This document shows positions 56,344 through 64,000 of a stretch of 64,000 bases of DNA, in pieces. This DNA comes from a virus (Duplodnaviria; Caudoviricetes): the IMG/VR virus record IMGVR_UViG_3300032216_001981, positions 1 to 64,000 of that record; one strand, written 5' to 3'. Below the pieces are notes generated by a model, which worked only from the letters and a program-made list of their open reading frames with translations, had not been told where the DNA came from and did no database searches. The number at the start of each line of letters is the position of its first letter. The first letter of the stretch is position 1. The position numbers were made by a program, and so were the translations under genes.

Positions 56344-56715
56344 GTGGAAGAAATTAAACAACTACTAGATCAGTACCCTTATCTTACCCTACTGACATAT
56401 GGTGGCGTTGAATATGTGGGCATTGTGCAAAACAGTGATGAACAAATCACTACAATTTATGATTTTTCCGCATTAAAAACCACAGAACAAAAAGTAAAAT
56501 TCCTTGAGCTGGGCGATGTTTGGTGGTGGGAAAGCAATAGAATCATTCCCATTAATGTGTTTTTGAAACAGGATTGGGTGGAGTTTAAGGCAGTGGTTAA
56601 AACCATGAACAGCAAAGATGTTGTGATACAGATAGGACCACAAGTAAGTCTCAAGGAAATGAGTCAACGTCGCAGTAAAAGACGATCAATTACTCTAGTT
56701 AGACGTGTTGGTTAA
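56344..56715 (+). CDS. hypothetical protein (start GTG 56344 or ATG 56311)
   Basis: YPYLTLLTYGGVEYVGIVQN...WWWESNR.IPIN. Confidence 0.7.
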   Translation: MEEIKQLLDQYPYLTLLTYGGVEYVGIVQNSDEQITTIYDFSALKTTEQKVKFLELGDVWWWESNRIIPINVFLKQDWVEFKAVVKTMNSKDVVIQIGPQVSLKEMSQRRSKRRSITLVRRVG

Positions 56716-57276
56716 TAAATTTATATGGACTGCTACTAGATGACTGTAGGCCACAGAATGACTACGTTTGAATGTATAGCCTTCTTCAGTTGCGTCCCAA
56801 ATAGTCTCTGCAACTTCCCGCCAAGTTTTTCCAAGTAAATGTCGTTTGCCCGGACGTATCAAGGCCAAGAACATGGCCATACGTGGTATTGAATCAACTG
56901 CTTCGGGCATTTTAATCAGTGTTTCGTAATGGTTACCAATGTGTATCAGTTGACTACAAAATTCAGGATCGTACAATCTACTCCAGTCGGGCTCTTGCGC
57001 CATCAACTGTTCTAAGTGAGCTTCGTCCTTTATCTGTGTATATAATGACACATTGAGAAAGTCCAGTTTCATATACCCCAGTTCTTCTGCAGATTTGTAA
57101 TCTATACTAGCAGTGCCGGTAAAGGGATCAATAGGAATTGCGGTTGTATAAACACCGGTGTTGTGTCGTGTCAACACCCCATCACGTACAATACCTGCAG
57201 GGTGATGATCCAGCACTGCTAGTGCCCGAGTGCGATCGGGAAAATCTATGTCAATGTCTGAACGAAATTTTATCAT
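56695..57276 (-). CDS. compact DNA polymerase III alpha (DnaE/family C)-like catalytic core
   Basis: SDIDIDF, HNTGVY, GYMKLDFL, LALIRPG, GYTFKRSHSVAY in only 193 aa; ATG 57276 is TAATG-coupled. Confidence 0.8.
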   Translation of the reverse strand: MIKFRSDIDIDFPDRTRALAVLDHHPAGIVRDGVLTRHNTGVYTTAIPIDPFTGTASIDYKSAEELGYMKLDFLNVSLYTQIKDEAHLEQLMAQEPDWSRLYDPEFCSQLIHIGNHYETLIKMPEAVDSIPRMAMFLALIRPGKRHLLGKTWREVAETIWDATEEGYTFKRSHSVAYSHLVAVHINLLTNTSN

Positions 57277-57521
57277 TAAATAAACCCCTGTGGCCATTTT
57301 AATAGTAAAAATGTTTCCATACCCTCAAAGTCTTTTTCTTGCTCACCAAAAAAGCGTAGGTGGAATTCATCGTCTCGAGTCATAAAGTACCAATCGTAAT
57401 CACGCTCTCTAACAAGCCCGTATTCGTCTTTCAGCCACTGGCTTAATTTGAGTGCTCCACGCAAGGTAAATCTTGAAGTAGCTTCACCTGAATTATTGAT
57501 TTTAAGTTTAATAAGTCTCAT
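57276..57521 (-). CDS. hypothetical protein
   Basis: 81-aa ORF overlapping both neighbours. Confidence 0.6.
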   Translation of the reverse strand: MRLIKLKINNSGEATSRFTLRGALKLSQWLKDEYGLVRERDYDWYFMTRDDEFHLRFFGEQEKDFEGMETFLLLKWPQGFI

Positions 57522-58182
57522 TCAAGTAATTCTCTAAAAGATAATTGGCAAAGTCCTCATGTGCTGGTTCTGCGTGATGTCCATCATATTGATAACGATT
57601 ATAATCATAAGGAATATGATTTTTATCTATAGAGCAATATTTTGAAAAACTAAAATCAAATAAATCCACTATATTGGAATCGGATTGTATTTTTTCGTAA
57701 AATTGTTTTATAAACGGAGTTGAAAAATCAACTGCTTTCATGTTTTTAGTACCCATCCATATGAGATATTTAATATTGTTTAAATTTAAAAAAGATGTAA
57801 ACATCGCCAATTGAAATAGTAAATTGGTTGTTGCAGCTTCATCATCATATAATCTATTATATGCATCACTAAATTTTTTAGCATCTCCTGTTAAACAATT
57901 ATTTGGCTGAATGTCTTTAAAATGGCCATCATTGCCGATAGCCTCATTTGACCAATACTCGGTCCTGTTGGGGTGAGCTAGACCAAATATAGCCAGTATG
58001 TTGTTATTTTGCTTTTTTAATTCTAGTAAATCTCTTACACTGCGTCGCAGTATTCTGTTATTGCAACTTCCCGGTAACCCGTTATTAACAACTTTGCAAT
58101 TCAGTTGTTGCCCAATAAAATCTGTATAGGTTTTTCCTGTACTCAGTACTCCATAACTATCACTGTTTGCATATAAAATCAT
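57508..58182 (-). CDS. SGNH-like hydrolase/acyltransferase, paralog 3
   Basis: ANSDSYG, NGLPGSCNNRI, DGHH; ATG 58182 with ATGA overlap. Confidence 0.6.
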   Translation of the reverse strand: MILYANSDSYGVLSTGKTYTDFIGQQLNCKVVNNGLPGSCNNRILRRSVRDLLELKKQNNNILAIFGLAHPNRTEYWSNEAIGNDGHFKDIQPNNCLTGDAKKFSDAYNRLYDDEAATTNLLFQLAMFTSFLNLNNIKYLIWMGTKNMKAVDFSTPFIKQFYEKIQSDSNIVDLFDFSFSKYCSIDKNHIPYDYNRYQYDGHHAEPAHEDFANYLLENYLNETY

Positions 58183-58874
58183 AGGCCCGCCTTGGCCAAT
58201 ATGTCTCGTACCCACTCGACATCGGCCAAGTATTCTCGAAATTTACGTTGCCACGAGTCGGGATCGATCATGGGCAAGATCATACCTATCTGTTCTTCAG
58301 TGAGGCTGTCAAGAAATTCCACACCCGTTGCACAATTAAACACCACCCAAGGACTAATCCTACCGGTGCTAATATGGAAACAAATCCTATTACTGTTGCC
58401 ATAACGAAAATAGTCCCCAAAACCTCCCTTGAGATCTGTATTGTTTTCTGCATATGATTCCATTTCTCGTAATGCTCGTTCCAATGCGTCTGATACTGCT
58501 TCGCGTTTGACATAGTCCGGCAACCATTCTGCGTATAAACCATCACTGCACCAATTGTCTAATTTTTTATTATTTTTTAACAACCAATCTAAATAGTTGA
58601 CAAAGTTAATGCAACGTATGTCTTGGCAATATCTACCAAACTTGACAAAGGCATTGTAGTAGGGACTGGCAACAAAATCTGCATAACTTTTTAGACGTGC
58701 TGATCCCTGTGTGGTTTCATAAAAACGCAAGTATGCTCGGAGTCCCAGTTGTACTCCAGTTTCTCGTTCCTGTTGCCAACGACGCTTGGGCTCACACAAG
58801 TGAACACCGAGTGTACTGAGTTTCAAGAAACTTTTATCACAGTACTTACAGGTATTCTTTGATTCGTCGGTCAT
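58179..58874 (-). CDS. hypothetical protein with an N-terminal C2HC-type Zn finger
   Basis: CKYC...HLCE; located in the replication cluster. Confidence 0.65.
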   Translation of the reverse strand: MTDESKNTCKYCDKSFLKLSTLGVHLCEPKRRWQQERETGVQLGLRAYLRFYETTQGSARLKSYADFVASPYYNAFVKFGRYCQDIRCINFVNYLDWLLKNNKKLDNWCSDGLYAEWLPDYVKREAVSDALERALREMESYAENNTDLKGGFGDYFRYGNSNRICFHISTGRISPWVVFNCATGVEFLDSLTEEQIGMILPMIDPDSWQRKFREYLADVEWVRDILAKAGL

Positions 58875-59319
58875 CCCATCCTTGAGATTTTAAATGTTGT
58901 CTGAGATCATCCCGTGTGTTTATTTCCGCTAACAATTTTATCTCATCATCTCGGGCATGGGGATACAGTTCACGCAGTAGTTTTTCTACTTTGTTGTTGC
59001 TAGTGTCTTTTTTCTTGGGAGAGATCCACTGGTGAAACTGCCGTCCCATGCCGGGACTCACAGTGGTGGCCAATAACCACTGTAGTTTTTTATGCTGTGT
59101 GGAGTTGACGTCAAAGAAGTTGCGATTCAGTCGTTCGTTGCAACTGATCAAGTAGTAGGCTTCAAGATCCGCGGTGCCCTTCACAGTGGCGCCATAGCGT
59201 ATCATTAGGAACGGTGAAAACTTTTTACGTTCTTCTTCTGTGAGATCATCATAGAAGTCACGGTTCTTTGAATCAAACTGTGCCATTTCATTTGCGATTG
59301 ATAATTTATCTGTTGTCAT
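58846..59319 (-). CDS. clamp-loader small subunit (gp62-like)
   Basis: FSPFLMIRY...NERLN...LQWLL..VSPG..RQFHQWI resembles the gp62 pattern. Confidence 0.5.
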   Translation of the reverse strand: MTTDKLSIANEMAQFDSKNRDFYDDLTEEERKKFSPFLMIRYGATVKGTADLEAYYLISCNERLNRNFFDVNSTQHKKLQWLLATTVSPGMGRQFHQWISPKKKDTSNNKVEKLLRELYPHARDDEIKLLAEINTRDDLRQHLKSQGWDDRRIKEYL

Positions 59320-59539
59320 ATTTTAATTTATAGTACATTATAGCAGGCTCTAGTAATTCTTGCAAGCCGGCATCCGTTTGAGCTGTTCTTCTGATACTGA
59401 TCCACAGTTGATCCTCACGCATTTGTTCTAAGTGGGCTGTATGCCGGGATGAAACATGATGCAGTCGTCTATCCGTTTCACCTATGTTTCTAACATACAC
59501 AGTATCGCCCGAGTCGGGACTTTCGTATATCTTGGTCAT
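59306..59539 (-). CDS. hypothetical protein
   Basis: IYESPDSGDTVYVR. Confidence 0.65.
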   Translation of the reverse strand: MTKIYESPDSGDTVYVRNIGETDRRLHHVSSRHTAHLEQMREDQLWISIRRTAQTDAGLQELLEPAIMYYKLKYDNR

Positions 59540-59542
59540 ATG

Positions 59543-60046
59543 CTACCAAACTAGATTATAATTCACCACTTCACTTTGACGACTGATGTCTTTGACAAAG
59601 TAAGCACACATGGGTCCATCCACTCCGTTTTCTAAAGGCACTGCCAACAGTTGTCCGGGTTTGAGTTTGGGAAAATACCATTTGACATCTTGATAAATGT
59701 CCACAATTTCCACTGGATAAAAGTCCGGACGGAAACTGGTCTTGGGATTGAATGCAAACGCCGAGAATCCTCGATCATTGATTGACGTCAGGGGCACTAC
59801 TTCTAAATCGCCCATGTCTTTTTCTCCGATCAACAACTGCCAATCCACTGGCATGCGAACAGTGTGTTCACCAATCTTCAACACCAAGGCCGGGCTGTTG
59901 AAGCTTTCCATAAAGATCAAGGGAATGTAAAAGTAGTCGGGTTCTCGAGGGTTGCTGTTGTCTAACACACAGAAATTAAGTTCATCAATCTCGTCGGGTA
60001 TTTCGTTCATTTCATAACTGCGATTTTCTAGTGTAAGTATTCTCAT
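59543..60046 (-). CDS. hypothetical protein
   Basis: 167-aa ORF, ATGA-coupled; no motif recognised. Confidence 0.7.
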   Translation of the reverse strand: MRILTLENRSYEMNEIPDEIDELNFCVLDNSNPREPDYFYIPLIFMESFNSPALVLKIGEHTVRMPVDWQLLIGEKDMGDLEVVPLTSINDRGFSAFAFNPKTSFRPDFYPVEIVDIYQDVKWYFPKLKPGQLLAVPLENGVDGPMCAYFVKDISRQSEVVNYNLVW

Positions 60047-60831
60047 TTAAGTTCTCTGTTGTAGTGATTGTAATATAAATCTCGACTGGACTGCAACCAA
60101 ATTGAATATATCTCAGTTACATACTTTAGATCCACAGCTATGTCTAACTGAGCTATTATGTCAAGAATTACTTCCTCGCCGGAGTTTTTAAAAAGATCCT
60201 CGGCACAGTAGGTCAAAACCCGACGATTTTTTTTCAATAAAAAATCTTTGGTTGTCAAAAGCCTGTTGTGCATGTCACGATTGTGTGTGTAGGCTTGATC
60301 GTGACGATGTTTTTGAGTATTATTTTGATCAAATTGATTCAAGGAATAGTTTTTGCTTGCGTATACATCGGTGACGTGATCTATGTCGTTGGCTAGTATA
60401 AAAATGTGAGTGCATTCTTGCAAGGTCCACGGACTTGCTTGTTCAGTTAGTCTTCCGCTGTCAACGCCAGAACGATCCCAACGGAGTAAATTTTGATCAA
60501 ACAATACAGAATTAATTTCATCCGAACCACCGTGTAATAGGTACACCGAGCGAGCAAAGGGATCCCAATAGCAAATAGCATGGTTCGCATAAAATCTATT
60601 TACATGTTTGGTTCGTATACTCCATTCTCTGTTGAGCCAAGTTTCTGATGTCACTGGTTGGAGATAGTAGGCCTTTAAAAATTCATAACGAGCCGCGGCA
60701 TTCCAACAATCCTTATCAAATTCACTGTCATCGTAAAAATTAAACGCAGTATCTAGACTAATGAGATTTGCTATTAAATTTCCACCGGCACCCATTGGAA
60801 AATAAATTATGATATTAGGGATTACTGCCAC
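60043..60831 (-). CDS. hypothetical protein, possible sulfotransferase-like P-loop
   Basis: IIYFPMGAGGNLIANLI Gly-rich loop after the first strand. Confidence 0.4.
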   Translation of the reverse strand: MAVIPNIIIYFPMGAGGNLIANLISLDTAFNFYDDSEFDKDCWNAAARYEFLKAYYLQPVTSETWLNREWSIRTKHVNRFYANHAICYWDPFARSVYLLHGGSDEINSVLFDQNLLRWDRSGVDSGRLTEQASPWTLQECTHIFILANDIDHVTDVYASKNYSLNQFDQNNTQKHRHDQAYTHNRDMHNRLLTTKDFLLKKNRRVLTYCAEDLFKNSGEEVILDIIAQLDIAVDLKYVTEIYSIWLQSSRDLYYNHYNRELK

Positions 60832-62282
60832 TCTGCTTTCTCTACGGTAAAAGGGTAATTTGCTTCTCGATAAAACTGCTTGCGTTTTGTTAAATGTCTT
60901 TTTGCGAATTTACAGGTGCTGGTGATGTCCCAGATTTGCACGTGGTCTTTGTCTTCGGCTTTTCTAATGCCACGCCCGATGCTTTGTATGACTCGAACAA
61001 AACTTTTGCCTGGCTCAAGCAGTACAAGATTAAATATCCTAGGGATATTAATACCCACAGCAGCAACACCATAGGTAGCAATGATAATTTTATCACTACT
61101 GACGGCAACTTCATCGTATTCATCTTTTCTCTCCTGAGCCTTGGTTGATCCCGATACAAACACAGCACGTTCGCCCAAACGTTCCAACAACAGCTTTCCT
61201 GTGGCAATTCTATCCACTAGGATAAGTGTATTGCCAGTTTCGTTTACACTGTTTATCAACTGTGCTAGATAGTCCAGTCTACCTGTTGTTTCGGTCAAGT
61301 ATTTAAGCTCGCTTTGGTAGTTGGTGTATTCAACGTGATCCACCAACTGTACTATGTTTACATGACAGCTGGCCAAGTGTCCGGCTTCCTGTAATTCATT
61401 TGCTGATAGTCGACCCACCACCGAACCTAGACTGCAAAAGATACTGGTTCGTTCATATTCTTCTCGAGGTATTGTTCCTGTCAGTCCCCAACGTATGGGC
61501 ACATGAGCAAATGCTCCTGTGAGTAGAGTCTTTAGTGCATCGGCCTTGGCCATGTGTACTTCATCCACCATGACTAATACCACATCTTCAATAAACTCAC
61601 CAATGGAGACCTCGGCCTCTGCTGACTTGGTGTTCTTTAATAGTATGTTTAGACTTTGCCAAGTGCAAATGGTGTGTGTACGGCCAAACTCTTTCCTATC
61701 GCCAAAGTATACTCCCACATCCAAGCCCAAGTTACGGTAGTCGGCTTCGGTCTGTGTCACTAGGCTTTTGTTGGGCACTATGACGATGGACCTACCATAT
61801 GCTTCTACACTTTTGCTCAAGGCCGCTGTCATGATGGTTTTGCCAGCACCAGTGGCTATTTCTTGTACACTCTGCGGATTCTTTAAAAAATTATTGATGA
61901 TTTCCACTTGGTAGTCACGGAACACTATGGATTCCCCAGCCCGAGGGTGTCCCGCGGGCCACGTTTGATCACTGAAACTATCTTCTCGAAATTCTGCAAA
62001 CTCAAACTGTGTGCGGTAGTCACGAACATCCTCCAGCTCAACATCGTATCCTTGGGATTCCAATATGGGCAGTATGTCGGGCAATAAGTTTACATAACTG
62101 GTGCCACTGAGTTGAAAGAAGGCAACTTTACCATCCCAGCGTCCCAGTCGCACTGCGGGTTGATATCTGGCACCGGGTATTTCAAACTTGAATCTATCCA
62201 CTAGCTTTTTACGTGTGGCCAAATCCAAGCCTTCGATCTTGATATTGACTTCGTCACGTATTACAAGTTTACAAGTTGTCAA
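60822..62282 (-). CDS. uvsW: SF2 DNA helicase, UvsW-like
   Basis: RDYQ, ATGAGKT, DEVH, GLTGT, GINIP, QSIGRGIR. Confidence 0.88.
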   Translation of the reverse strand: MTTCKLVIRDEVNIKIEGLDLATRKKLVDRFKFEIPGARYQPAVRLGRWDGKVAFFQLSGTSYVNLLPDILPILESQGYDVELEDVRDYRTQFEFAEFREDSFSDQTWPAGHPRAGESIVFRDYQVEIINNFLKNPQSVQEIATGAGKTIMTAALSKSVEAYGRSIVIVPNKSLVTQTEADYRNLGLDVGVYFGDRKEFGRTHTICTWQSLNILLKNTKSAEAEVSIGEFIEDVVLVMVDEVHMAKADALKTLLTGAFAHVPIRWGLTGTIPREEYERTSIFCSLGSVVGRLSANELQEAGHLASCHVNIVQLVDHVEYTNYQSELKYLTETTGRLDYLAQLINSVNETGNTLILVDRIATGKLLLERLGERAVFVSGSTKAQERKDEYDEVAVSSDKIIIATYGVAAVGINIPRIFNLVLLEPGKSFVRVIQSIGRGIRKAEDKDHVQIWDITSTCKFAKRHLTKRKQFYREANYPFTVEKAEWQ

Positions 62283-63409
62283 ATGAGTTTTACCTTAGCG
62301 TTGTTTTTCTTATTATAAGCATCCTGTGTCACATACACAACCTTTTCGGCTTGTTGCAACATCTGTTGTTGAGCACCTCCAAGAAACAGGGCACTGGTGG
62401 TGATTAATAATCCAATGGGGCGATCGGTCACGGGCCGATGTGAATAACAGTAATCAAGGGGCAGGTGTTCTCCGAATCTGTTGTGTAGTTTTGTACGCAA
62501 TCTATTGGCATGCTCGGGCTCGTAAACAACAACAGACTGTCGTGCCACTGCTTCTGTATAATCCAAAACCGCGTCAAAGCCGTTGTTCTTGGCGTCAATG
62601 GCGGCGGGATTGATGCGAAGTTCTCTGTGCATTAGCAAATTATAAATGGCACTGCCCTGTGTGGCCATAATGGATTCGGCAATGGCTGGTTCCACAGTGT
62701 AGCCCAACACACTACTCATGTCCACCAAGTACAGCAGGCGATCTAGGCCAAACCCACCGTGATGCTGGATGTATTCACTGAGACTGTCTGGCGAGTTGCG
62801 TATGTCAAATTGATCGCCGCGTATATACAATTCTATGGCATAGGGCTGTGATTCAACTTGATGAATCTGCGTCATGAGTGCATACACAGAGGAGTCAATT
62901 TCAAAGCGGTGTTGGTTGGCCCAAGTGGTTAACCAACTTACATTGTATTCGGTTATGGCCGCTGTCCATACTCGACTATCTCGATCCCACCTCACAGCAC
63001 CTTGACTGTGTTTGGCAAAGTCCCTTATGTTGCCAATGTAGTCATTGTTGAAGGGGAACCGTATCAATAATCTGTCACCGTCTCTTGTTAAAGAACAGGT
63101 GTAGTCCATTCGACGCAGGGGCAGTCTCCACTGAGGTTGACGAACTGGGTCGACGTCAACACCCTGACTCTGCAACTGTCGTTCGTATTTGAGTACAATC
63201 TTCACCAGCAGTTCGGCCTGACGTTCGGTCAAGGACTGCGATACTGAAACCGAAGTGGCCATGCTCTCCAACACTTTGACATCATACCTGGCCAAGTTGA
63301 TTATGGGCTTGATGTCGGCCAACCACTGCGTAAGTAGTTTTCCGGTAACAGGATCTCTATGTCCCACTATCACTTCTAAATAATCTTCCACATGGGTAAA
63401 TTGTTGCAT
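62279..63409 (-). CDS. hypothetical protein
   Basis: 376 aa; extended -10 (TGTTATAAT) 5 nt upstream of the ATG. Confidence 0.7.
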   Translation of the reverse strand: MQQFTHVEDYLEVIVGHRDPVTGKLLTQWLADIKPIINLARYDVKVLESMATSVSVSQSLTERQAELLVKIVLKYERQLQSQGVDVDPVRQPQWRLPLRRMDYTCSLTRDGDRLLIRFPFNNDYIGNIRDFAKHSQGAVRWDRDSRVWTAAITEYNVSWLTTWANQHRFEIDSSVYALMTQIHQVESQPYAIELYIRGDQFDIRNSPDSLSEYIQHHGGFGLDRLLYLVDMSSVLGYTVEPAIAESIMATQGSAIYNLLMHRELRINPAAIDAKNNGFDAVLDYTEAVARQSVVVYEPEHANRLRTKLHNRFGEHLPLDYCYSHRPVTDRPIGLLITTSALFLGGAQQQMLQQAEKVVYVTQDAYNKKNNAKVKLI

Positions 63410-63435
63410 AATGTATTATAACACAAACAGTTGGA

Positions 63436-63464
63436 TAAAAAAAGCCCTGCGGTTAAGCAGGGCT
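63436..63464 (-). terminator. intrinsic terminator
   Basis: AGCCCTGC-6-GCAGGGCT followed by a T-run on the minus strand. Confidence 0.8.
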
Positions 63465-63516
63465 ATAAAACTGTGATTCAGGAGCTAGAGAGAATCACAG
63501 ATAAAACACAATTCAA

Positions 63517-63819
63517 TTACAATTCTACTACATCCATTGAGGCACCTTCGGCGTGCAATTTAGTTTTAAAATCTTCAAATACACTTCTAGTGTACGCACT
63601 CATGCCTTCACGACCTTTGTAACACTTGTATATCGAACCCGAATAACCAACCACATCATAATAGTCGCCTTGGTCAATCACCTGTTCAATACCCGAGTTC
63701 ATTCTCCAGCTATCCGAACCGGCATATCCTCCGTACCAACTACCTAGTACCTTGCGAATTTGACCGTGTTCGCTGTTCATTTCCACTATGACCCAACGGT
63801 CTGGTGTATATTCACTCAT
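63517..63819 (-). CDS. hypothetical phage protein
   Basis: YTPDRWV...WYGGYAGSDSWRMNSGI. Confidence 0.75.
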   Translation of the reverse strand: MSEYTPDRWVIVEMNSEHGQIRKVLGSWYGGYAGSDSWRMNSGIEQVIDQGDYYDVVGYSGSIYKCYKGREGMSAYTRSVFEDFKTKLHAEGASMDVVEL

Positions 63820-63998
63820 TCGTCAACTCCAAAATCTCGGCGTATCCAATGGGCACAGTCTCGAGCTAGAGCACCGTCTCCGGGCAAGCCGCCACACTGT
63901 GCCGCCATCTCCTCGCACACGTCAATGCAGTGTTGCACAATCAACTCGGCAAACTGTTCCACAGTGGGTGCCAATGCTGTTTCTGATTCTCCAATGAT
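63816..63998 (-). CDS. 3' part of an 'EKFAELIV'-family protein (start outside the window)
   Basis: Manual translation ...VEQFAELIVQHCIDVCEE...WIRRDFGVDE*; ATGA overlap with 63819. Confidence 0.7.
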   Translation of the reverse strand: MIGESETALAPTVEQFAELIVQHCIDVCEEMAAQCGGLPGDGALARDCAHWIRRDFGVDE

Positions 63999-64000
63999 GC

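Noticed and set aside
1-64000. Stop-codon reassignment (alternative genetic code), common in some jumbo phages
   Set aside because: Conserved genes are full-length in the standard code; TAA, TGA and TAG (e.g. 59543) all terminate genes at sensible positions.
1-64000. tRNA/rRNA/tmRNA genes, introns or inteins
   Set aside because: No cloverleaf or T-loop (GTTCGA-type) elements were seen in the short intergenic gaps. NrdA, NrdB, helicase and primase have normal lengths with no insertions.

Overview
The window is a gene-dense, mostly minus-strand segment of a large (jumbo/'huge') T4-superfamily-like tailed phage. It uses the standard genetic code, and the host is probably a proteobacterium (inference). 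Replication and repair genes: gp41/DnaB helicase, primase, UvsW-like helicase, gp62-like clamp-loader subunit, a very compact DnaE-like polymerase core, NrdA/NrdB/glutaredoxin, exonucleases and a partial UvdE missed by the ORF track. Virion genes: tail-fibre-like proteins, a degenerate PAAR protein, a SleB-type hydrolase and a block of probable internal head proteins. The large auxiliary cargo includes a curli-type operon (csgF-csgG-curlin-ORF-FecR-curlin) followed by an LpxH-like phosphoesterase, RimK and a CHASE2 adenylate cyclase. It also includes a bS21-Hsp20-ClpS translation/proteostasis module and many glycan-tailoring-like enzymes (UDP-sugar dehydrogenase, amidinotransferase, 2OG-Fe oxygenase, 3 GT10-like, 3 SGNH-like, radical SAM). 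Reading the DNA directly shows T4-like late promoters (TAAATA/TATAAATA), sigma70 promoters, many apparently leaderless genes and a ROSE-like RNA thermometer upstream of hsp20. The most intriguing candidate systems are (i) a probably capsid-packaged GNAT-nucleotidyltransferase polyprotein with a partner NTase, (ii) the curli/FecR/CHASE2-cyclase envelope-signalling locus and (iii) a leaderless-mRNA/bS21/RimK translation programme. No tRNA, rRNA, CRISPR array or transposase was seen. All family assignments are by-eye motif recognition, not database searches.
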